Positions 37,349 through 48,770 of a DNA stretch of 64,000 nucleotides are shown here, piece after piece. How positions within the stretch are numbered: position 1 is the stretch's first letter; each line of letters begins with the position of its first letter. A program made the translations under genes and the position numbers. The stretch is taken from NCBI RefSeq assembly GCF_024521635.1, contig NW_026250408.1, forward strand, positions 1,178,001 to 1,242,000. The letters are read 5' to 3'. The notes under the pieces are model-generated. The model saw only the letters and a list, made by a program, of their open reading frames with translations. It was not told where the DNA came from and searched no databases. The stretch is from Tricharina praecox. Lineage: Eukaryota.

Positions 37349-38495
37349 CGATCAACGAATAAATAAAACCCCCAAAAACCTCAGCGTACATAGCCGACCC
37401 GAGTCCCGACGAGCTGACAGGGCTGACATCCGAGGCTGCTGTTGCCTAAATTTTGATCTTTATCCCCCACACCTCCACGACGATCAAACTGAAACGTACA
37501 GCGAAATCCCAGAACGCATATCGATACTGCTGAGCGCATATTTCCACGAACAAGCCGTACTACAACCTACAGAGAATTTCCAGAATGCATCTCGATACTC
37601 TTGTCACTCAGGGATACATATTTTTTTACCCCCCTGGATTATACAGTATACAGTACGTGTATTCGGGACACACTCACTGGTTTTCTCGCAGCGTATGACG
37701 TTCTATTCTTTCTATCTAATCTACTCTATATATATTCATAGCGAGGGCGAGGCAATATTAACGGCTAGGTCAGCAGCGTGAGGAGCGGTCGGTGAAGACA
37801 GTATCTGTGACGAGCAGCAGAGGGGCAGATAATGGGGTGTCTATGTCGCCGGCAGCAGGACTGCTGCAGGTACGGTTTCTGCGGTTACAGCAAAACCTGA
37901 AAGACAACAAATGCTAGAAAGACAATAAATGCGGTCTCTGGGGTGATATCAGAAGGGGAGTGAGTGGAGTCTGCGGCGCCGGCAGCGAGTGTGATGTCTG
38001 CGGCGCCAGCAGCATAAGTACTCACACGGCCAGAACTTTAGGAACCCCATAAGAGTAGCAGGAGGAGACGAACAGCAGGAGGAGACGAGGAGCAGGCGAG
38101 GAAGATGGGATCAGCAGCAAATCCAGCAGAGCTACAAGCAGAGCGGGGAGTAGAGAAAAGGAGCGAGTAGCAGAGAGCACAGCGAAGCAGTAGCGGGAAA
38201 AGTATCTGTCACATGTAAAGCACGTGCCACCTGTGCTAGCCCTATGGAGACTGGTGTGGCCTAGCTATTTCGAGCTCTAGCCAGTGGCGAGAGGAGTAGC
38301 TGTAGCCGGTCAGCGGGAGGAAGCAGGAGAGAGCAGGAGGAGACAAGCAGTAGAAAGAGACCAGTAACAGGTGGAGGCCAGCAGTAAAAGGAGACTAGCA
38401 GCAGGCGGAGACGAGCAGCAGGCAGAGACCAGCAATGAGAGGAGCAGTAGGCCCAGAGCAGAGCAAGAGGCAACGCAAGGGGCAGGACAAGAAGT

Positions 38496-38691
38496 TGTGA
38501 CACTGGAACTGTTTCTGGACGTCGGAGTCTTGATAGATATTGAGTATAGAATAAAACTCAGAGATTTCAATGAGTCACAGTGGAATGATCTTAAGAGATA
38601 TCGCCGGTAGTGTTTGGTGTTCAAATTCTGCTGGTGTTGAGATTTCCGTGACGATAGTCAAGAGACTATATAGACTACCCATACATCTAAG
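38496..38691 (-). mobile_element. Old LTR end (fragment D), related to the A and C LTRs
   Basis: TGTGACACTGGAAC..GTCGGAGTC..TAGAATAAAA..TCTTAAG resembles the U5 ends of the A and C LTRs. It is interrupted at 38692 by a similar LTR end. Confidence 0.75.
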
Positions 38692-38811
38692 TGTAAGACT
38701 GGAACAGTTTCTGGGCGTCGGAGTCTTGATAGATATCGAGTATAGAATAAAAGTCAGGGATTTCGATTATTCACAGCTGAATAAACTTAAGGGGTATTGT
38801 CGGTAATGTAC
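38692..38811 (-). mobile_element. Second LTR end (fragment D'), related to the A and C LTRs
   Basis: TGTAAGACTGGAAC..GTCGGAGTCTTGATAGATATCGAGTATAGAATAAAAGTCAGGGATTTCG is nearly the same as fragment D and close to the LTR C end. Confidence 0.75.
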
Positions 38812-39087
38812 TGTCACAGTTCAGAAATCCTGGCCTTAAGTAGCTACTGGGATGATGGCCTTCAGCCATCAAAATACCTTTTGGTCAAGTGGTATAGTAC
38901 TTTCCCAGTGTAACGGCACGGTCGGGCAAGGCTCCAGGTAGCGAAGTCGGGCTGGGGATCGGGTTCTGGGTTCGGTAGAGGCAAGACTGGTTCAGGGGAC
39001 AAGGTGAGGCAGGGCTCAGTGCAGACGGCAACTGAGAACAGAGGCAGGGACAAGGACTACGGCGCAGACGGCAGCCGAGGCAAGGAC

Positions 39088-39827
39088 TGTGAGACTGGAA
39101 CGATTTCGGTCGTCGGAGTCGATTGATAGAATAGGATAAGAATGAAGATAGATAGTATTCTTTCTTTCACAAGCGGAATAATCTTAAGGGGTAGTGTCGA
39201 TGGTTTTCTGGTCGCTGATTCTGATGATGAATCTTTCGTCGTGTCGTCGGAAGTCTATATAGTTGGGTGATGTGATCGAGTCACATGCCAGCCGTTGCCG
39301 TAGTTTGTTGCCGGATGGAACCCCTGGCGTGAAGTCTCTGCACTTGGTGCGGAGACTTTCTCCGCCATGTCATCAGAGTCGTCGTAAGCTTTCAGGATAG
39401 TTTATACAAACTAGGCAGGTATGGCGCACCAATCCTTACCCGAGCATAGTCCGGTTTCAGCTATCTCCCCGCTGGGCAACGGCTGCGCCTTTCGGCACGG
39501 CTCTTATTTGCTTAAGACGCGAGAAGAGGGGCAACACTCGTCATAGTGGTTTTTCTCCGATCAGAGTTTCCTCTGCGCTTGTTCCGCGATTCGCCTGCCT
39601 CAAGTCAAGGATGACAGTATCGGACTTTTCGTGCGTATCGCTGCGCCTCCGATCCCACCTAGACTCTGGTTCCGTTTGCTTCCTTCCTTCCTATCTCGTC
39701 TCTGACTAGCTACGACTAATCTAAAAAATCCCTTCCTGTCCCCCGATCTATCTAACTATCTTTCCTGAACTCCCGTTGGTAAGCAGCCGGACTCTGAAGT
39801 CGGGCCGACTGCGACCAGGGTGTCACA
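39088..39827 (-). repeat. Element A 3' LTR
   Basis: Direct repeat of 45795-46534; two substitutions seen by eye. Confidence 0.95.
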
Positions 39828-39962
39828 CCATCTTCCCTCTCCGACGCTTTCGTCCCGAAGCGTGCGGAGTTCTATCTAGTCTACATACGGTGAATGCAGT
39901 CCTCCAACCCCTGCATCCTACTATCGCTCGACTCAAGAGAAAAACCCAGTGGGAAAAAACTC

Positions 39963-42900
39963 TCAGTCTTCTGTGAGCCGATAGTCCCTCGGCGCGTCCG
40001 GATTCTTGCGGTGGAATTCCCGCAGTTTCTCCCGGCCACCTACTGAAAAGTTGTCGAAAGGCTCATGAGTCCAATCCCGTTTGCTGGGATAGTTGAGCCA
40101 TTTCACGAGGTAGAGTACGCGCCGTCCTTTCTTGGTGCTACCCATAACCTCCTCGACATCGTATTCCTCATTGCTCTCGACGTCATCCGCTTCCCGGAGT
40201 ATTTTCGACGGGTCGGGGGGATCTCGGTTGCCTGCTCGGTAGGGTTCGACAAGCGAAACATGGAAGACATTGTGTATCTTCCATTTCCGCGGTAGCGTGA
40301 GCTTGACGGCGAGGGGGGAAACGATCTTCTCGATTTGGAACGGGCCATGATTTTTGTGGTCCAGTTTCCTCGAGGGGCGGCGGGTTTGTATATTCCGTCC
40401 GCTGAGCATTACCAGGTCTCCTACCTGATAAGCGGGGGCCTCTTGGCGACGTTGGTCGGCGTAGTGGCGCATGCGTTCCTGTGCTTGCTCAAGCGACTTG
40501 ATGGTTTCCTCGTGCACAGTCTGCATCCAGTGCGCATAGACCGTGCTGGCGGGGTTGAGGGGGTTCGTCGCAGCAGGTCCGCTAGCTGTTGGGTGGAATC
40601 CGTAGTTCGCGTAGAACGGCGAGAATCCAGTAGCCGTGGTGACCGAGTTGTTGTAGGCAAACTCAGCCATGGGGAGGAGGCTAACCCAGTCGTCTTGGTC
40701 TTTGTTGACGAAGGAGCGGAGGTATGCTTCGATCGTCTGGTTGAGGCGTTCTGTTTGCCCGTCTGTTTGGGGGTGAAACGCCGTAGACATCCTTGCCTTG
40801 ATGCCTAAAAGCTTCATAAATTCTTTCCACGTATCCGATGTGAAGCGGGAATCTCTGTCTGATACAATATCCGAGGGTAGGCCGTGGAAGCGCCAGATTT
40901 CGCGGGCAAAGATTTTTGCGAGGTCGCTGGCTGTCTTGCCGTCCTTTCGTAGGGGAATGAAATGAGCCATCTTGGTGAATCGGTCGATGACTACCCAGAG
41001 TTGGTCGCATTCCTCAGACTCGGGTAGATCGGTTATGAAGTCCATAGCGATGGATTGCCATGGAGCGTAGGGCAGTTCGAGGGGGTTTAGGAGTCCATAG
41101 GGTTGGTGTCGCGCTGTCTTGTTTTTTACATTCAGGACAGCCACGCACGAAGTCGATGATGGCTTCGTCCATTTTTGGCCACCAAAAGTTGCGTCGAATC
41201 AACTCGATCGTCTTGTCCTGGCCCATATGGCCGGCGACTTTGGTATCGTGCTCTGACTCCAGGATCTGCTGGATCAGGCCTTGGTTGTTTGGTATCCACA
41301 ACTTCTCCTTCCGGTACACACATCCATCTTCCACCTTCAGTATCCCGGCCTTTCGGCTCATCCGTTCAGAGTTTCTGCTCCGAACGGCATCCTCCTTGAC
41401 CTTGCGGTCATTCGACACGGAATTCCCACGTGCCGCTACCTCCTTACCCTTTCCGGTATTCGGCTCCTGTTCCTCAGAAGCCGCTTCACCAACGCTTTTG
41501 AGAGCTTTCTCCCACTCAGCGTCAGATCCTCCCTTCTCGCGCAGCAACTCCAAAAACTCCAAAGACCATTTCCGTGTTGGGGTAGAGGTTAGCCGTACCG
41601 ACGAGATCAGAAACGAGGTACCGTGTCCAGCCGTGCTGATCGAAGAGACATTGTTCTTTCCTGCAAAGTGTTTTCCGTGCAGGATCGTCGTGATTGGTTG
41701 ATCCTCACCCCCCCCTTTTTCAGGGCGGTATTCCGGGCGCCGGGAAAGAGCATCAGGTTTTCCATTCTGGTTTCCGGGTCGGTAGTAGATCTTGAAATCG
41801 ATGCCGGCGAGCTCCTGTGCCCATCGTGCCTGGCGTCGATTGAGTACTTTTGTGGTTGTGAAGTACTCAAGGTTTTGATGGTCGCTAAAGACTTGCACTT
41901 GGTGCTGTGCACCTTCGAGGTATCGTCTCCAGTGTTTGAAAGCGTCGACAATGGCGAGTAGCTCTTTGTCGTGGATTTCGTAGTTGATTTCCGCGGGAGA
42001 GAATTTCCTCGAATGGTAGGCAACAGGGTGCAGTCTTCCTTCTTCATCCTTCTGGGATAGGACGGCACCGAGGGCGAAATCCGATGCGTCTGTTTCAACG
42101 ATAACTGGTTCATTGGGTTGGAAGTGGGCCAGTATCGGAGCTGTAGTGAAGCGTTTCTTCAGATCGTCAAAGGATTTCTGCATCTCGGGCGTCCATTGCC
42201 AATCCTTCTTATCACCTTTCGTAGACTCCGTCAACGGGCGCGCGACCCTCGAGTAGTCCTTGATAAAGCGGCGATAGAAGTTAGCGAAGCCCAGAAAGGA
42301 TTGAACGTCTCGCAGGGACCGGGGTACTTCCCACTCAAGCACACTTTCCACTTTGTCCCCTGCCATCTTGATTCCTTCTCGGCCGACTATGTAGCCGAGG
42401 AATTCCACCTCATGCTTTCTCCACTCGCATTTTTCCGCTGATACGGCCAGTTTGTTAGCCGTCAGACGTCGCAGGACTTCTTTGACTATTTCATCATGCT
42501 CCGCCCTGGTAGAGGCGTAGATGAGAAGGTCGTCAATATAGGCAACCAGGCCGAGATCAATCATATCCCGGAAGATATGATTAATCATGTCCTGGAAGGT
42601 AGCAGGTGCGTTGGACAGTCCAAACGGCATAACGAGAAATTCGTAGAGGCCATAACGTGTTCGGAATGCTGTCTTCCACTCGTCCCCTTCTTTGATGCGT
42701 ACCAGGTGATACCCATTCTTCAGGTCAATCTTGGTGAAGAACTGTGCTCCACGGATCCTGTCTTGTAGTTCAGACATGAGTGGGAGTGGGTATCGATTGG
42801 CGATAGTGACGCGGTTGAGTCCTCGATAGTCGACGCAAAGGCGAAGACCACGTCCATGGGCTTTTGGGACGAAGAGAATGGGGGCTCCCGCGCTGGAGGT

Positions 42901-43767
42901 GGACCGACGTATCTTTCCAGTCCGTAGCATGTCCTTCAACCATTCTCGGAGGGCTTCGAGCTCTGATTCTGAGAGGGCATAGATCGGACCCCAAGGAGGT
43001 GTGGTATCTTCCTTGAGCCGGATCTCGTGGTCGTAGGAGCGGTGTTCCGGAAGTGCATCTGCGGCTTCTTTTCCCATGATATCAAGAAAGTCGCGGAATT
43101 CTTCTGGTATCTGTTCCAAGGGGTCCGCCACCAGCTCAACGGCCGCGACGTATCCTATTACCCTAGCGTCCGGATTGTTTGCAATCTCCGGATCATAGCT
43201 TAGGGGAAACTCCGTTGCTGCGTGCTTGGTGCAGTTCTTCAAACAGGAGGGGCTGTTGAAGCGGAGTTCGGGGGTGTCCCAAGCACCTTGTGGGGTGTGC
43301 TTGGCTATCCACCAGTAGGGGAGGAACGCGTCCACTCCCGGTTCGAGGGAGGTCATCTCGAAGACCTCCTGGGAGTAGTGGTTCCGGTGTTGGAGGAGAA
43401 GGGGCATTGTATAATATTGGCCGCCTTCTTTGATGGGTTCGCCGGTAAAGCCACGCAAGCTGACGGCTTGTTCGTGCTTCTGCCGCGGAATTTTTAACCG
43501 CGAAGATAGGGAGGAGTCCAGGAGGGGGGTAGAACAGCCGGTGTCTAGTAACACTCGGATTCGGCTTTGTTGTTTGTTGCCCCAGTGTAACATCATCTCC
43601 ACTATCGGTCGGTTTCCGTTTCTTGGCTTGGGCGCGGACGTAGGGGTTGTCCGTCTTCGCTTATCCCGTTCGTTTTTCTCGGGTTCGGGACCCGGCCGTT
43701 TTCTGGACGTGCCGCATATATACACCGTGGTCTTAGGCTGCGGCATGCCTTGACCTAACAAAAATCC
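39963..43767 (-). pseudogene. Element A pol (PR-RT-RNase H-IN-chromodomain) with a 1-bp frameshift near 41125
   Basis: Motifs LLDTG, YIDD, VETDAS, HDKELL, H2C2 finger, MDF/SDRD/TERLN and YLVKW. The frame breaks at CPEC(Q)KNK. Confidence 0.93.
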
Positions 43768-45743
43768 TGCTCCTCGTCCGAACCTTCCGCCCAGACGGGA
43801 GGGACATCTCTCATGGCCTCGTCCCTGATATCCACTGCAGCGGTTTTGGGTGCCTTGGATTTTGGTGGTTCCAATGAGTCATTTGCGCCGCGCTTTCGCT
43901 TGTTTGCGCCTGCGATTTTTCGTGGGGCTGGGGGAAGTTGGGTGTTACCGACCGTCTTCGCTGCATAGCAGGCAAGCGCTCGGTGTCCTTCTCTTCCACA
44001 TCTCATGCAGCCACCGGATTTCTTGTGGGCGTCTATCTCCTGCTGAGGGACCCCATCCAATGCTGCCTTCATCCCATCCCAGATGCACTCCTCTTTACCC
44101 GTCCGGGAACCGGACTGACCACCTCGGCTCGAATCTCCCTTCGGCCGGTGGTCCTCCTTTTTCTTTCCCTGGCTTTTCGGCCCCTTGCCAGATTCCTTCG
44201 AGCTACCACTCGAACTCTGGTCACCCGATCCACCCCTCTCCTTTGATTTCAACAGCGCCTTCTTGCGCTCCACGTGCCGTCCTGCTTCGTAGGTCGCGTG
44301 TAGGAACGGCTCGTCTTCCCGGAAGATTCCCGCGTTCTGGGCAAAGCGCATATCGATGATATCAGCAGGCATGGCTTTATCGATCATGTCCTGCAAGGCT
44401 TCTCCGGTGACTTGAGCGTGGAGATTCAACGCTCTGAATGAGGTGAGGTATGATTTGATGTCTCCCTTGTAACGAAGGGCCCACATCTTGTCCAATGCCT
44501 CTCCGGCCTCACGGGGGTCCACGTATTCTTCCTGAATAGCGTCTGCGTACGCTTGCCAGGTGTCCCGACGTCGCAAGGTCCTTCGCCGTGCCTGGTGCCA
44601 TTCCAGTGCCTCATGGGTAAGCAATGTGCCTATCCACACGATGCGCTGGCGGTCCTCGGTCCGCGGATAGAAGTCAAGGTATTCTTCCACCGCGTCCCAC
44701 CAAGGGCGGAAGGGGGTGGTAGGCTTCCCGTCAAAGCTCTTTGGATTGCTGAGACGGAGCTTTTGCACTCCTTCTTGGGAAGCTCTGAATGCTTCCGAGA
44801 GAACTCTAGCGAAGCGACGTTCGTCGGTCTCGTTAGGTTCGGGAGATGCGCGAGTCTCCCTCGGTCGGCGCGGAGGAGGGCTTGGCGAATGCCTGTTGTC
44901 TTCGTCCATCGGGTCGTCGTCCGATGGCGGCCCACCTGGGGGAAGTACTGGAGGTCTCGGGGGGATTGGTGGTGCTCCTCCTCCTCCGGTGCCACTACTC
45001 TGAGGTGGTGGGTAAGAGTCCTTTGACTCAGATCTTCGCGGGCTCCTGTGGGCCCACGGGGGTGTAGCGTCGCGGGGTGCCCGGCCGCGAAGGGAGACTT
45101 CTCGGGTTGCCCTTTTTGTTTTGGCTAATGCGTCTGCGAGTTTCTTCTGTTCTGACGCGAGCCGAGCCGTCTCCGCTTCCTGCTGTGCTGCCCATCTTTC
45201 CAGGTTTTGTCGGTACTGGGCCTGCTCCCGTTGGCGTTCGAGATCTGCCGTCTGGAGGAATACCATCGCGTCTTTCATGCGTGCATTCGCTTCTTCCTGG
45301 ATGAAGATTCACCGTGTGGCATCGTTCGTTTTTTCGGTGATCATGTCCCAGACATCGCTACTGAAGGCCTGTGCCGCGTTTGCGATTGCGGATAGCTCCG
45401 TGCGCAACCATTCTTGTTGGACCGTTGCGTCTGAGTTCTGGAGGTCGAACAGGTACTGGCAACCGCGATAGAGTGCCTCGTAGTTTTGTTCGATTTCTCG
45501 CATTCGGCGGTTCCCGTGGTCGAAGGTTTTGTCACAGGCGACGTAGAGGGATCGGAGGTCCCTTTGCGCCGTGCGATGGAGGTTGATCATCATCCGGACC
45601 CAGTCTGCGGGGCTGCGAACTTCGACGGTTGAGTCATCGATAGAGGTATCATTGATGACCTCTTGGAGGGATCGTGGGCGCTCCAGTCGGAGCATATCCA
45701 CGTTGGAGGAGGGTGCGGCAATCGGTCTGGAGGGGGATGCCAT
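43755..45743 (-). pseudogene. Element A gag with an in-frame premature TGA at 45309-45311
   Basis: ORFs 45743-45309 and 45278-43755 are in the same frame and together align with the C gag. Zinc knuckle CMRCGREGHRALAC. Confidence 0.9.
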
Positions 45744-45794
45744 TTCGTAGGTGGTAATTCTTTAGAAAAGGATCGATTTTTCTTAAGATTATAG

Positions 45795-46534
45795 TGTGAG
45801 ACTGGAACGATTTCGGTCGTCGGAGTCGATTGATAGAATAGGATAAGAATGAAGATAGATAGTATTCTTTCTTTCACAAGCGGAATAATCTTAAGGGGTA
45901 GTGTCGATGGTTTTCTGGTCGCTGATTCTGATGATGAATCTTTCGTCGTGTCGTCGGAAGTCTATATAGTTGGGTGATGTGATCGAGTCACATGCCAGCC
46001 GTTGCCGTAGTTTGTTGCCGGATGGAACCCCTGGCGTGAAGTCTCTGCACTTGGTGCGGAGACTTTCTCCGCCATGTCATCAGAGTCGTCGTAAGCTTTC
46101 AGGATAGTTTATACAAACTAGGCAGGTATGGCGCACCAATCCTTACCCGAGCATAGTCCGGTTTCAGCTATCTCCCCGCTGGGCAACGGCTGCGCCTTTC
46201 GGCACGGCTCTTATTTGCTGAAGACGCGAGAAGAGGGGCAACACTCGTCATAGTGGTTTTTCTCCGATCAGAGTTTCCTCTGCGCTTGTTCCGCGATTCG
46301 CCTGCCTCAAGTCAAGGATGACTGTATCGGACTTTTCGTGCGTATCGCTGCGCCTCCGATCCCACCTAGACTCTGGTTCCGTTTGCTTCCTTCCTTCCTA
46401 TCTCGTCTCTGACTAGCTACGACTAATCTAAAAAATCCCTTCCTGTCCCCCGATCTATCTAACTATCTTTCCTGAACTCCCGTTGGTAAGCAGCCGGACT
46501 CTGAAGTCGGGCCGACTGCGACCAGGGTGTCACA
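45795..46534 (-). repeat. Element A 5' LTR
   Basis: Followed on the element strand by a self-complementary PBS and the gag ATG. Confidence 0.95.
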
Positions 46535-48041
46535 AGGACAGAGGTAACAGTGATTGAATTAACAAGTTGTTGCGTGAAGAACTAAATACAGAGGGGCAAC
46601 GGCCCGTTTATATAGGAAATCCTCCACTTCTTCCCGCAACCTGACAATGACCATGGGCGTGTGCCAGACCCTGAGAAATCCACCTTGCCAGTACCCCACT
46701 TCCGTGACTCATACCCTGCGCAGCCGCACTACCCCTGCTTCCTGCACACAGCCCCAATCTCCTGCGACTAATTACTGCGCGATCCCTGCTCCCTCCACAC
46801 AGTCCCCAATCCTCTGCGACTCATCCTTGCACTGCCGGTGCACTGCCTCTGCACTGCCCCCCAACTCTCCCGATCCTTGTGCCGACCCTCCCTTCGTCGT
46901 TCCGTCGCGAGCCGTGACAGTAGTCCCTCTTAAGGCTCGAGTTCCCACGAGAGCAAGTTCGACTCGTCCAGGCTGTATGGGGTATCGTCGATGGAAGTCG
47001 TCCACAGCTTGTACCTCGGTAAGGTTCTCCTCTGGTTCCCATGTTGTGCCGCGTAGCCTCTCCATTTCACCAGGTACTGGAGTTTGCCCCTGAAGTTCCG
47101 GCTGTCAAGGACCTCTTCAACCTCCCATTCTTCTTGGTCGTCCACGATTACAGGAAGTGGTGGCGGTGGAAGTTTGTCCAGGGAAGGGATCGTCAGCGGA
47201 GGCATGAAGGAGGGATACAGGAAATGTTCGGTGCTTCTGAACGGTGTCCGGGATGTCCAATTCGTAGGCGTGGGTTCCGATTGTCCGAATCACACGGTAG
47301 GGACCATGGTGTTTGTTTTCCAGCTTGCGACTGGGTCTCTCGGTGCGCCAGTTCCGGCCATCCACCCATATCATGTCGCCTGGTTGGAACGCTGGCGCAG
47401 GGGTTCAGTGTCGGTCGGAGTCCGTCCTGTTGCCGTGCCTGGGCATACCGCATTTGGCTGCGGGCGACATCGTGGATTTGATGCAACCGTTCCGCTGCAC
47501 TCTGAGCTTGATGTTCCTCCTTGGTGTCGACACGGATATCCAGCTCAAAGTCACACCGTGGGTGATATCCTAGGTTAGCGAAGAATGGGGACAGGGTAGT
47601 CGTGTCGGAGACCTGGTTGTTGCCAGCGAATTCGGCCAAGAAGAGGTAGTCGACCCAGTCATCCTGGAGGTAGCTGACGTACGCGTGGAGGTGCTGTTCC
47701 ATGACGGCGTTCATCCGTTCGGTTTGGCCGTCGGTCTGGGGGTGGAAGGCAGTTGACAGGCGTGGCTCGATCTTGAGGCATGAGCATAGGTGTTTCCAGA
47801 ATCTCGAGGCAAACTGGGGGCCCCTATCCGAGACGATGGTTTTTGGCAACCCGTGGTACCTGAATATCCGGTCGCAGAACAGCTCGGCCAGTCCTTCCGA
47901 GGTGATGGTCGTGGTACATGGTAGGAGATGGCGTTGCTTGGTCAGTCGGTCAACAAAAACACAGATGGCGTCAAACCCCTTTGAGGCCGGTAAGCCAGTG
48001 ACAAAGTCGACTGAGATGTGTTGCCATGGCTTCTCGGGTAC

Positions 48042-48731
48042 TGTGACACCCCGATAGGTATCGGAGGACACGACGGTCGCAAGAGATGAGATTAGATAGT
48101 TCGGGTGATTAGAATAGAGTTGCGAGCCGAAAGGATAGTTAGAAGCGATCAAAGACAAGATAGGAAGGAGGGAGCAAACGGATTCCAGAGTCTAGACAGT
48201 GATCGGAGATGCGGGAGATCGGGATAACAGTCCAGAGGACTTTGAGATCTCCGATCATAGGGCCCCGCAGTAGGAACTCCGATCCAGGAAAAAACTGTTA
48301 TGACGAGAGAATCGAACATCGACCGATGGGGGCAGACAACTTCGAGCGAAGAACTCTGCCGGCGCATGAGGGAGATAATTGCTCGGAAACTCCGATCTAT
48401 CTTGGGCGCGTGGTGTTTACCACCTGCCTAGTCGAGAAGACTATCCGAAGAGAGCTGACGGCGACTCAAGGCTAGGCCGCGGAACTCCGATGCAAAGGAA
48501 GCAACGAAGCTACGTTAGGCCGCACTCTAGAGGAATCACGTGCTGAGGATCGGGACGACTATAAGTCGAACCGAGCGGGCAACCGAACAAAAACACAATC
48601 ATCGCACCGAACAAACCATCGAACAAACACCCTTAAGATTATTCCGTTGTGAATTATCGAAATCCCTGACTTTTATTCTATCCTCGACTTTACTATAGAC
48701 TCCGACGACACAAACCCGTCCCAGTCTCACA
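48042..48731 (+). repeat. Element C 5' LTR
   Basis: TGTGACACC..AGTCTCACA, repeated at 61614-62303. Confidence 0.95.
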
Positions 48732-48770
48732 CTATAATCTTAAAGGTTACAGTCACCGATTTCTATCGAA

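Larger units (their letters stand above)
39088..46534 (-). mobile_element. Full-length Ty3/Gypsy chromovirus family A inserted in the B1 3' LTR
   Basis: 740-bp TG..CA LTRs at both ends. TSD AGGAC at 39083-39087 and 46535-46539. PPT AGAGGGAAGATGG next to the 3' LTR. Confidence 0.97.

Noticed and set aside
37780..38490. Purine-rich GCAG/GGAG stretch as a gene
   Set aside because: All frames are short and no motif is recognisable; it is probably a decayed relic that cannot be assigned.
45309..45311. Programmed stop-codon readthrough in the element A gag
   Set aside because: The sister element C gag has no stop here and A also has a pol frameshift, so ordinary mutation is the simpler explanation.
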